Positions 40,073-49,049 of a stretch of 64,000 nt of DNA are shown here, in pieces. Within the stretch, counting starts at the first letter, position 1; each line of letters begins with the position of its first letter. Position numbers and translations under genes: made by a program. Below the pieces are notes generated by a model. That model worked only from the letters and a program-made list of their open reading frames with translations. It was not told where the DNA came from and did not search any database. Source of the stretch: Planctomycetota bacterium (GTDB lineage Bacteria > Planctomycetota > UBA8108 > SXIK01); assembly GCA_965223265.1 (NCBI GenBank), contig OZ244999.1:4224001-4288000 (forward strand). Reading direction: 5' to 3'.

Positions 40073-41020
40073 ATGTTCATGCCGATCTTCAAGCACCGAT
40101 TCTTTAAACGATGTGGTTTCACTTGCGTCGCCTTGGCGATCACCTGCGCCGCGACGACACTGACGGTCACAGCGGTCTCATCGGGAGAGTCAAGATCCAC
40201 TCCGCGAGTCGCGCAGCATTCGCCTCGGTCGGCGGAAAGCGATGACACCGCACCCGTTCGCAAAGGTGTGCTCAAAGTATTGACGTTGAATGTTGCGCAC
40301 GGGAGGAGTGACGGACGCAACCAGGCCCTTCAAAGAACGAAAACGATCCGCTCCAATCTCGACGACGTTGCGAAATTACTCGCGCGCGTCAGACCGGATG
40401 TGGCCGCGCTTCAGGAGGCCGATGGGCCGTCCATCTGGAGCGGCGGCTTCAGTCATGTAGAGTACCTGGCTTCGAATGCTGGATTCGAATTCTCCAGCCA
40501 CGGCCTGCATGTCGATGGCGCGAAGATTTCCTTCGGCACCGCGCTTCTCTCCTGCCGGCTCCTGAAGGACGCCCTGTCGATCACCTTCGAGTCGTCGCCG
40601 CCAACTTTCTCGAAGGGATTCCTTGTCAGCGCCGTCGCGTGGCCGAGCGAGCCCGAGACGCTGGTGGATGTCGTCACCGTCCACCTTGACTTTTCACGCC
40701 GATCGGTGCGTCGGGAGCAAGTCGCGCAGATGGCCTCTGAGCTGAAGCCGAGAAAGCGGCCGTTGATCATTCTGGGCGACTTCAACTGTGACTGGAAGCG
40801 AGAGAATTCAGCCCTGCGCGTTCTGGCGAGGGAACTCAATCTCGTGGCCCACAAACCAGATGCCAACGATCTCATCACGTTCCCGAAGCTACGGACTCGT
40901 CTTGATTGGATCCTGATCTCAGGTGAGTTTCGGTTCATAAAGTACGAGGTGCTGTCGGACGAACCTGTGTCGGACCATTTTGCGGTAGTGGCTGAAATCG
41001 AGCTCAAAGAGAAAGATTGA
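40073..41020 (+). CDS. Endonuclease/exonuclease/phosphatase family protein, exported
   Basis: VLTLNVAHG, DVAALQE, VHLD, ILGDFN, LDWIL, SDH motifs; N-terminal hydrophobic segment; start uncertain. Confidence 0.85.
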   Translation: MFMPIFKHRFFKRCGFTCVALAITCAATTLTVTAVSSGESRSTPRVAQHSPRSAESDDTAPVRKGVLKVLTLNVAHGRSDGRNQALQRTKTIRSNLDDVAKLLARVRPDVAALQEADGPSIWSGGFSHVEYLASNAGFEFSSHGLHVDGAKISFGTALLSCRLLKDALSITFESSPPTFSKGFLVSAVAWPSEPETLVDVVTVHLDFSRRSVRREQVAQMASELKPRKRPLIILGDFNCDWKRENSALRVLARELNLVAHKPDANDLITFPKLRTRLDWILISGEFRFIKYEVLSDEPVSDHFAVVAEIELKEKD

Positions 41021-41087
41021 GTCCGCACCTCCTTCAGTCGCTCAGCTCGCGCGTCGAGCGGACCTTCGCCGAAGTCGGTTGAGCTAG

Positions 41088-41315
41088 CGTAGCGCCTCGC
41101 ACAGCCCGCGTAGTCGACACAATCGACCTCGTCCTCCTCGATGGGATCGACACCGCAGTCCATCGTGCCGGGCAGCGAGATCTCCTCGCTGCCGAGAAAC
41201 AGAACTCCACGCGTGTTTGATCGAAGCGGAGGTATCCACCGCGCCATCGTCGTTCGAGTCGCAGGCGTTGTCGCCACTGGATCACAGTCGCCGAGAAACA
41301 GAGCGCCTAACATTC
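41088..41315 (-). pseudogene. Frameshifted remnant of a Planctomycete dockerin-like C-terminal domain
   Basis: LGALFLG and LFLG...LPG..DCGVDP..DEVDC..Y..C in one frame; DNACDSNDDGAVDTS calcium loop in another frame. Confidence 0.6.
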
Positions 41316-41510
41316 AACGACGTGTCTCGAGCCTAGCGCCTCGGCCCTAGGATGGAGTTCGACTGGCCAACTTGCGAACGGCAGTTTTCGCCGATGAGTT
41401 CTGGGCTGCGTTTCCGGAAGCTCAAGATCTCTCGAAGGGCGTTGCCGTTTGCACACGAAACGCTATGCTGGCGGCTCTCAACAACCGGGTGACAATCGCA
41501 AGGAGACTCA

Positions 41511-43061
41511 ATGATGAGGGCGCCCAATCTGGAGCCACAGGACACTCAAGTCGCAGAGAGCACCGCCTCCTCCCTCGTTTTGCTCGTTGCCGCGCCACTG
41601 ATGGGAGCGGCCGCCGGCGGCATGGGATGGGGCATCCGCGGACAGTACGGACACGAGTGGGGAGCGATGGTGCCTGGAGTTCTGGTGGCCTTCACGCTCG
41701 TGTTCCTATTCTGCCGGCGATCGACCTCTCTCCATGCCGCGCGCGCAGTCGCGCTCGCCGCTGTCGGCTTCTCATTCGGCGGTGTCATGACGTACGGCCA
41801 GACCGTCGGGCTGACACACGACACGCCGCTGGTTGGGAATGACGCCGCCTACCGCTGGGGCATGATCGGACTCTTCATCAAAGGCGCCCTTTGGATTGGC
41901 TTCGGCAGCACGTTTCTTGGCATGGGCCTCGGCGGTAAGACGTATCGCTGGGCAGAGATGCTCAAAGTCGTCATCGCGCTGCTCGTGCTCGTGTTCATCG
42001 GCACCCAACTGCTCAATCGACCACATGTCCCCGACGTCAGCTCGCCGGATCGCGCTCTGCCGTGGATCTACTTCTCCGACCACTGGAAGTGGGAACCCGA
42101 CAACCTTGACATGAAACCGCGCCCCGAGTCTTGGGGTGGACTCCTCGCAGCATTCGTGGCTCTAATCGCTTACGTTCGTTTCATCAAAAAGGACAAGCTC
42201 GCGTTTCGTATGGCCGGTGTCGGCGTGATCGCTGGTGGCTGCGGATTCACGCTCGGCCAGGCACTCCAGGCGAAACATTCTTGGACACCCAATTGGGTTG
42301 TCGGGTTCGATCAGTCGCTGCATGAGTGGCTGCCGGGTGTCTTCCCCGAAAAGTTCTTCAGCCTCATCGGCTACAACTGGTGGAACATGATGGAGACGAC
42401 GTTCGGTCTCGTCATGGGCTTTCTGCTCGGGCTTGGACTTTGGCTCAACCGAAAACGCGTCGCCCGCGGGGACATTGACGAACCTGTCGAGCTCGCGCCG
42501 CAAGTTGAATGGCCCCTCATCGGTCTCCACGCCTGCCTTTTAGCGCTTTGGGGCGCCGTGAGGCTCGACGAGATCGAAGCTTACGAATGGCTCACTGGCT
42601 TCACAGACTTTCCGCTCGCCATGGGTGTGCTTCCCGTGATCTGCATCCTGGGTGGACGCTACTGGCCGTATCTATTCGCACTACCGATGATCGCGATCTC
42701 GATCGCCGGGATTACGCTCAAAGCTCGCTACGATGGCGAGCACGTGGTGACTGACTGGATCATCTGGATCGTCATTCCTTTGGGACTCCTGACGCTCGCG
42801 GCCCTCCACTTGGCCGAACGCGGACTCAGCGGTCAAAGCGGCCGCAGCTTTGCTCGCCGCGGGCTCATCATCACGGCTTTCACTTACTACTCACTCAATT
42901 TCGGCTTCTTCGGTCTGCCGTGGACGGTGCTCCCAGGACGCGGATCCCACACCAACGACTGGATTTTCCTGCGCTGCATGGAGCTGCTGATCTTCGGGGC
43001 GCTCCTCCTCGGCCGAGGCTCGCCGCGAAGTGCGCCGAAAGAAGACAGTCCCGGGCTGTGA
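41511..43061 (+). CDS. Multi-pass membrane protein of unknown function
   Basis: More than ten hydrophobic segments; WGIRGQYGHEWGAM and NWWNMME motifs. Confidence 0.75.
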   Translation: MMRAPNLEPQDTQVAESTASSLVLLVAAPLMGAAAGGMGWGIRGQYGHEWGAMVPGVLVAFTLVFLFCRRSTSLHAARAVALAAVGFSFGGVMTYGQTVGLTHDTPLVGNDAAYRWGMIGLFIKGALWIGFGSTFLGMGLGGKTYRWAEMLKVVIALLVLVFIGTQLLNRPHVPDVSSPDRALPWIYFSDHWKWEPDNLDMKPRPESWGGLLAAFVALIAYVRFIKKDKLAFRMAGVGVIAGGCGFTLGQALQAKHSWTPNWVVGFDQSLHEWLPGVFPEKFFSLIGYNWWNMMETTFGLVMGFLLGLGLWLNRKRVARGDIDEPVELAPQVEWPLIGLHACLLALWGAVRLDEIEAYEWLTGFTDFPLAMGVLPVICILGGRYWPYLFALPMIAISIAGITLKARYDGEHVVTDWIIWIVIPLGLLTLAALHLAERGLSGQSGRSFARRGLIITAFTYYSLNFGFFGLPWTVLPGRGSHTNDWIFLRCMELLIFGALLLGRGSPRSAPKEDSPGL

Positions 43062-43403
43062 CGTCGAGCGCGAGTGAAGGCGCAATCAGGCGCGGCGAAA
43101 TCAGCCGGACGGGCACATGCCCTCGAAGCGTCACGCGAAACATCATCGCTCAGAAGCTCGATCGTTCGATTCGCTGACCGGCTGAAACACTCGACAGTAC
43201 GCGCGTTGTTCAAGGCGTCGCGAACATCAGCACTGGTCTTTGCATTTGGCGGGTCCGTTCAACTCGACACGAGGCTCGCCATCGACCGCTCGACTTGGTA
43301 CGGTCGAGAATGGTCGCCAGTTTGAAGATCACGTGATCGACACGACCTTCGGCGAGCTCGATCGAGCTCGTGGCGCAGCCGTCCGCAGAAGCCATCCGCA
43401 GCT

Positions 43404-44315
43404 GTGTGCCGGCCGCTTCTCTCAACAGTCCAGGGAGCCTCCAACTTGCAATTCTCGCTGTGGCGGATTCTGGGCAACGACCTGCCGCCTCGACACAAGG
43501 TCGGCCAAACGCGAGAGAACCTGCTGTTCATTCTGGAGAATGAGCCGGAGCTCGAACGCTGTACGCGCCACTGGATTGTGAATCGCGTCGTCGACTCGCA
43601 CGAGGAAGAGCAGCTACTCACGACCCTCGACCGCTATTCTCAGCCGCACGTCCACATCCCGTTCTGCCTGGATGAATATCACCGCTGCGAAGAAGTCGAT
43701 CTGGACACCTATCCTCTGGTGAACGAACTCGCATCCATCGCCGATCGACGCCGGCATTCACAATGCCTCTACGTGATGCACCTCAATGCGGCAAGGAACC
43801 TGGCCATCGAAGAAGGTCGCCTGACCGCACACTGGGTTCTGCCGCTAGACGGAAACTGTTGTTTCACCAAAGACGGGTGGGAACGCATCGTCGACGGGTT
43901 AGCCCAACAGGATGACCTGCGGCGCTGCTTCGCCGTGCCGATGTATCGTGTGAAGGGTAACGCAGAGTATCATGGTTTCTCGGTTTCGGGGAGAGAGGCG
44001 AACGAGCCTCAAGTGATCATCGGGCGCGACGCCGAAGCACGCTTTGATCCTTTGTATCGATACGGCCGCGACAGCAAGATCGAGCTTTTGGAGCGATTGG
44101 AATTCGCTGATCGTAAAGGCGCGACCCACGAAATGATCCCGCCCGAAGATGGCCTTGGATATGTGATGCGGCTCTTCTCCGGTGTCCCACAAGGGGAAGG
44201 ACATTGGACGCGCCGTGCCGGGCTACGCGAGCAAGGAATCGACCTGCTTCTCGAGCGGATCGACCGAATGACCGCCGCGGAGGCTCAGGATTTCACTCCC
44301 GAGAAGCGCAGCTGA
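43404..44315 (+). CDS. Glycosyltransferase-like protein (domain also seen N-terminal to some alginate lyases)
   Basis: RILGNDLPPRH, LYVM.LN.ARN, WVLPLDGNCCF, EPQVI, RYGR..KIELL motifs; start uncertain. Confidence 0.55.
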   Translation: MCRPLLSTVQGASNLQFSLWRILGNDLPPRHKVGQTRENLLFILENEPELERCTRHWIVNRVVDSHEEEQLLTTLDRYSQPHVHIPFCLDEYHRCEEVDLDTYPLVNELASIADRRRHSQCLYVMHLNAARNLAIEEGRLTAHWVLPLDGNCCFTKDGWERIVDGLAQQDDLRRCFAVPMYRVKGNAEYHGFSVSGREANEPQVIIGRDAEARFDPLYRYGRDSKIELLERLEFADRKGATHEMIPPEDGLGYVMRLFSGVPQGEGHWTRRAGLREQGIDLLLERIDRMTAAEAQDFTPEKRS

Positions 44316-44318
44316 TCA

Positions 44319-45920
44319 ATGAAGAGCGCATCAACGGGAGAGCATCACCGAGAGGCAAGGCGTTCAACGGCGTCCCGCGATCCACGCCTGAATGTCTTCT
44401 CGCTCGTCACCCCATCGCACGAGACGCTCCTGAACGACTGGTTCCTGCGCACGCTGCCCAGCGACTGTCGGCCGCACCTACACTACGTTGACGCGGCACC
44501 CGTAGACTTCGGCACCCGACATTGGCACCGAGTGGTCATCCACAAGTTCGACGTTCTTGCCGCGGCGTTCGCAGCGCAGCCGGCTGACACAATCTTCGTC
44601 ATGAGCGATGTCGACATTCGCTTCTATCGAACGTTTGCCGACGACGTGCGGCGACGCATGGCTGACCTCGACATCCTGTTTCAGACGAATCGGCCGCACG
44701 ATCCACACCCGTTCAAATACTTGTGCACCGGGTTTGTCGTCATTCGTAACTGCGAGGCGACTCGAGATTTCTTCGAGCGGGCGCGCATCGTCTTGACGCA
44801 GGCAGACGACCCGATGGTCGGTGATCAGGTGTCCTGCATTCGAACGATCGAGGCACGACCCAATGCAATCCGCTTCGGTCTTCTTCCCGAAACATACTGG
44901 GTTCCGCGGCGCACCGGGACGCGGTGGCAACCGGGAGCGCCTCTGACCCCAACGCGAGACATCTTCCTCCACCATGCAAACTACACCATAGGTGTTTCCA
45001 ACAAGTTGGCGCAGCTAGCTGCGGTTGAGGAGTTGTTGGCTAACGGCGCAGAATCGAGCGATGTGAAAGAACGAACATCCGACGCTGCAGAGACGACCAC
45101 CTGTCGCCATCACTCTCGTCATGATCTCGACCCGAGATCGACCTCGGTTTTCGACGTCGCTGCACCGATCACTGCATCACCGCGAATGAGCGACGTCCCG
45201 TACAGATTAGATCTCGCTGGAGCCTGGTTGGATCAGCCGTTCGTCTCGAAAGCGTGCGCTGGCGACGTCATCGTCCTTTCCATCGAGCCGGACGAAACGT
45301 ATCTGCCGAAGAGCGGGCTAGCGACGAGTACGCGAAAGACGGCCAAGGAGCTTTGGGGTCCGCGGCTGCCAGAGTCCGATCCGGAACGAGTGGCTCGGAT
45401 TCTCTTCGCTGCGGAGAACCCGCCGGGAACTCAGGAAGTCTCCGGCTCGCAGGACGCACTGGGGATCGTACTTCCGGGAGTGAGCCGACTGAGCTACGCC
45501 GGAGAGTACTGGCCGCATGGCGTGGAGACGATTGCGGATGAGGTGACGCTCAAGTGGCTCGAAGACTCGCTCTTTCTCATCCATCTCGGCCCTCGGCCAC
45601 CCGGCTTCTCGCCGCTGTGCGAACGTACCATCAACTCACATAAGGTGCAGGCTCTCGCGAACACCGCAAAGCGTTGCTGGTCCGCCATACAAAAACGATC
45701 GACGAAAGAACTCGGCGCTGCCATGACCGACGGAGCCGCAGCTCAAGCCGCGCTGCTTCCTGCGATCGTCACCAAAGACCTTCGACAGACGATGTCGCGC
45801 CTCGCTGTCCACGCACACGGCGTCAAACTCGCCGGCGCCGGGGGAGGAGGATACGCCATCGTCGCCGCGGATGCCCCGCCGCCGGGAGCGATTTCGATCC
45901 GGGCAAGACGCCCCGGTTGA
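44319..45920 (+). CDS. Nucleotide-diphospho-sugar transferase domain fused to a GHMP-kinase-like domain
   Basis: MSDVD (DxD), LCTGF, DQ, HHANY in the N-half; PYRLDLAGAWLD, SGLATS, SGSQD, KLAGAGGGG in the C-half. Confidence 0.75.
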   Translation: MKSASTGEHHREARRSTASRDPRLNVFSLVTPSHETLLNDWFLRTLPSDCRPHLHYVDAAPVDFGTRHWHRVVIHKFDVLAAAFAAQPADTIFVMSDVDIRFYRTFADDVRRRMADLDILFQTNRPHDPHPFKYLCTGFVVIRNCEATRDFFERARIVLTQADDPMVGDQVSCIRTIEARPNAIRFGLLPETYWVPRRTGTRWQPGAPLTPTRDIFLHHANYTIGVSNKLAQLAAVEELLANGAESSDVKERTSDAAETTTCRHHSRHDLDPRSTSVFDVAAPITASPRMSDVPYRLDLAGAWLDQPFVSKACAGDVIVLSIEPDETYLPKSGLATSTRKTAKELWGPRLPESDPERVARILFAAENPPGTQEVSGSQDALGIVLPGVSRLSYAGEYWPHGVETIADEVTLKWLEDSLFLIHLGPRPPGFSPLCERTINSHKVQALANTAKRCWSAIQKRSTKELGAAMTDGAAAQAALLPAIVTKDLRQTMSRLAVHAHGVKLAGAGGGGYAIVAADAPPPGAISIRARRPG

Positions 45921-46048
45921 AGAGCGGTCAGAGGCGGGGTCAGAGACAGAATCAGACCCCAACGATGCAAAAAAAATGACCGCCGCGCCGAAGAGAAAAC
46001 ACAGAGGTCGTAGCGCTGGCTGCGCCCGCAGCCCAAACTTCTGAAGAA

Positions 46049-46209
46049 AAAACGCCGAGCACGCAGAGGCGCTGAGGTCGCAGAGATCAGAGGAGAGAAG
46101 GTAGAACCGTTTCGTCAAATCCAGTCGATCACCAGAATTTCGAGATCAAATCTTCTTCTCGTTCTCTCCGATCTCTGCGGCTCTCTGCGTCTCCGCGTGC
46201 TCCGCGTTT
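46049..46209. repeat. Long imperfect inverted repeat built from CGCAGAG/CTCTGCG units
   Basis: AACGCCGAGCACGCAGAGGCGCTGAGGTCGCAGAGATC pairs with GATCTCTGCGGCTCTCTGCGTCTCCGCGTGCTCCGCGTT; lies between convergent genes. Confidence 0.7.
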
Positions 46210-46525
46210 CTCTTGCCTTGCGCGCGGATAAAGTGGCACCGAGTCCGTCTCTGTTTAGCTTGGGGTCGCGCACCGGCAAACCTCACCAAACGTGAAGTCC
46301 GCCGCGACGCCTCAGAACCACCGATCGAAACCATAGGAACAACGTTTCCGAGTCTTTCGGCGCGAGATTTATGCGACTGTAGGGTCAGAGTCGGAACCCG
46401 ACGCGGATACACGCTCACGCAATCGCAATCGCTCACGAACCTAGACACAAAACACCCGCTCGACGGCCGCACTCGATTCGTCGCCTGCAGCGTTTCTGAT
46501 TCCCAACGCCGGGAACGCTCACCCC

Positions 46526-47401
46526 TCACGCAGAGCCCCAGCGGCTCGGACCGATCCCGCGCGCCTCCCGCGCCATGTTGTCCGGCCGGTTCGGCAAATC
46601 GAATTCGACGTCGCGGGTGTTCAAGCTACCGAAGAACTTGCGCACTTTCGCTGGCAGGCCCGCGACCTTTTCAGGATCGCGTTCCTCGACCTCGCCGATC
46701 GGCCCGGCCCACGCCGGACGGTAGGCGATCGCCAGCATGCGGCGCGGACCGTGGCTGTGGTTGGGGAAGTTACCGTGAAACACTTTCTGATTGATCACCA
46801 CCGCCGAACCCGCTGTGCAGGTGACCATGAGCTCCTCGTCGTGCGACAAGTAACGCTTGTACGGGTTGGCGTCGCTGTGAAGTGACAGATGCGAGCGCGG
46901 AATGACCTTGAACGGCGAGCACTCCGGCGTCAGGTCGTCTAGGTAGTAGAGAACCCGCACGAGACACGGGGAGCTCGACTCCAGACCGAAGATGGCTGAG
47001 CCGTAGGGCTGCGCGTCGGTGTGCACGGCGATACCAGGGTGGCCGGGCTCCGAGAGGGCATAGCCGCACGACGTGCAGATGATCTCATCGCCGAAGAGAT
47101 GCGCCAGAAAATCGATCATCGCCGGCAGAGCGATCACGTCGATCGCGCCGGGCGAGTCGGTCAGCTCGACCGCTGAGTGACCACGCTGGTGCTCACTGTA
47201 GTCAACGGCAGTCGTGGGCAGACGCGCGAGCTCGGTGCGGATCTTCTCGAGCTGCTCGGCCGACAACAGATCAGGGAGCACGACATAGCCATCGAGCTCC
47301 ACAGAGCGCACTCGCTCGGCGCGTGTCAGACTCGCCCAGTTAGTGTCGGGTCGGAGCGCCCGGTCGAGACTTTCGCGGGAATTGGTGAACGAAGTGTCCA
47401 T
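46526..47401 (-). CDS. Phytanoyl-CoA dioxygenase (PhyH) family Fe/2OG dioxygenase
   Basis: DGYVVL, HTD iron motif, VIPRSH, GSAVV...FHG, terminal RR. Confidence 0.85.
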   Translation of the reverse strand: MDTSFTNSRESLDRALRPDTNWASLTRAERVRSVELDGYVVLPDLLSAEQLEKIRTELARLPTTAVDYSEHQRGHSAVELTDSPGAIDVIALPAMIDFLAHLFGDEIICTSCGYALSEPGHPGIAVHTDAQPYGSAIFGLESSSPCLVRVLYYLDDLTPECSPFKVIPRSHLSLHSDANPYKRYLSHDEELMVTCTAGSAVVINQKVFHGNFPNHSHGPRRMLAIAYRPAWAGPIGEVEERDPEKVAGLPAKVRKFFGSLNTRDVEFDLPNRPDNMAREARGIGPSRWGSA

Positions 47402-47420
47402 GGCTCTTCTTCCTACCGGT

Positions 47421-47487
47421 AGTCATTCGGCCGAAACTGGCCTCTGCGCGCCCAGTTTTCGACTCGAAGCACTTTTTCAACAGGCTA
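47421..47487. mobile_element. Truncated MITE copy
   Basis: AGTCATTCGGCCGAAACTGGCCTCT...CGAAGCACTTTTTCAACAGGCT; left end missing. Confidence 0.75.
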
Positions 47488-47495
47488 TTCAGTTA

Positions 47496-47656
47496 ACAGC
47501 CCGTTGAAAAAGTCATTCGGCCGAGAAACTGGCCTCTTCACGCCCAGATCGACCGCGGCGAGCCTCGAAAATCTCGGAGATTACCTACGTTCGCCGCGGC
47601 CGATCTGGACGCGAAGCGACCAGTTTTCGACTCGAAGCACTTTTTCAACAGGCTGT
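47496..47656. mobile_element. About 160-bp MITE with IS-like terminal inverted repeats
   Basis: ACAGCCCGTTGAAAAAGT...ACTTTTTCAACAGGCTGT flanked by TTA/TAA; the whole element is an imperfect palindrome; no ORF. Confidence 0.85.
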
Positions 47657-48390
47657 TAAGCATCCTGCAGCAAGCTGATCGTGACATACACATACCCCGA
47701 CCAGCTCTCTCTTTTGACACTCACTCGCTCACACTCGTCTCCGGTGAGCACTTCGCAGCGCTGGGAGAGCTCACTTCTCGGCACTTTCATGAAGGCGTCA
47801 TACGCGTCGCTTCGCGTGAAGCGGAGATAGTACCTGCCTTCCAGAGGCCATTCTGGGTAGGCGAGGAAGCCGACGATCTCACCGTCGAGCAGCAGCCAGT
47901 GCCCACCCGGCGTGATTTCGATCTCTCGCTCCAGTGGGAGAAAACCCATGATTTGCGCCTCGATTTCGCTTCCAAGCTGCGGCAGTGGCGCGTGCGACGA
48001 CGCGAGCGCCTTGCTTGGGTTTTTGTTTCGCTTGACTGGCATCGCGACAGCGTAGAGAGCCGCCGGGAAACCGTAACCGATGTCGACATACGCAACCGAG
48101 GGCGTCGCGTGCACCACGGTGCCCTTGACGACTTCGCCTGGCCTGAGCCGCGCCTCGGTCTGCGTCCACTCGTCTTCCCTCTCGCGCGCGTGATACGTAC
48201 CGAAGACCGGCTGGAGTACCGCCCACTTGCGTCGCCGCTGCCATTCCTCGAAGAGCACGAACGGAGCGCCGACGAGGACCCCGCCGACCAAGCATCCAAG
48301 GAGGGCACCGAGAAGCCCGCCCGTGAGCCAGCCCACCATGATGCCGCCCACCGCGCCGGCAGCTCCAAAGATATCTCTCAAGCCGACCAT
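47656..48390 (-). CDS. Membrane-anchored protein with an S1-like OB domain
   Basis: Gly-rich N-terminal hydrophobic helices; LRPGEVVKGTVV...AYVDIG...LGSEIEAQI S1-like pattern. Confidence 0.55.
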   Translation of the reverse strand: MVGLRDIFGAAGAVGGIMVGWLTGGLLGALLGCLVGGVLVGAPFVLFEEWQRRRKWAVLQPVFGTYHAREREDEWTQTEARLRPGEVVKGTVVHATPSVAYVDIGYGFPAALYAVAMPVKRNKNPSKALASSHAPLPQLGSEIEAQIMGFLPLEREIEITPGGHWLLLDGEIVGFLAYPEWPLEGRYYLRFTRSDAYDAFMKVPRSELSQRCEVLTGDECERVSVKRESWSGYVYVTISLLQDA

Positions 48391-48700
48391 GGCAAGTCAC
48401 CTGCGAAAGTCATCTGCGAAAGTGACCGGGTAGCCCAGCTCTTCGCGGCGCGCCGTAAGCGCTTTCGTGCTATCGGCAACCTTCAGCGTCAACTGGAGAC
48501 AACTTGTGCGCCATCAATGCTCGGTAGCAGACACGCCCCGGAGATCACTTGCGGCAGCAACGGCACCCCGGAACATCCCGAGCGTCGGGTAACTCTACGG
48601 ACCACCGAACAGTCGACGAGGCGCAAAGGTACAGACACTAACTTGTTACTAGCACGACCTCGGCAACACAAAGAAGCGACTTTTGGTCGAAGTAGCCCTA

Positions 48701-48862
48701 ACAGCCCGTTGAAAAAGTCATTCGGCCGAAGAAACTGGCCTCTTCACGCCCAGCTCGACCGCGTCAATACTCGAAAATCCCGAAGATTGCCTCCGTTTGC
48801 CGCAGCCGATCTGGACGCGAAGAGACCAGTTTTCGGCTCGAAGCACTTTTTCAACAGGCCGC
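48701..48862. mobile_element. About 160-bp MITE, second full copy
   Basis: ACAGCCCGTTGAAAAAGTCATTCGGCCG...CGAAGCACTTTTTCAACAGGCCGC, colinear with 47496-47656. Confidence 0.85.
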
Positions 48863-49049
48863 TAAGACGGCAACCCGGACCACGTGCTTGGGTCGCAGGC
48901 GTGTGTTGCGATGGAGGGTAGCGTGTGTACCCCGACCTGCCAGTGAGGGATGGTGGGGGACGGTCAAATGCTGAATTTGTGAGCGACCGCGACGATCGCA
49001 AGGTCGCGAAACGATGCTCCATCACATAGCGCTAGGCGGACGCGACCAA

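Noticed and set aside
39788-40096. Minus-strand 102-aa ORF that looks like the C-terminal remnant of a gene
   Set aside because: No recognisable motif or start signal; cannot be supported
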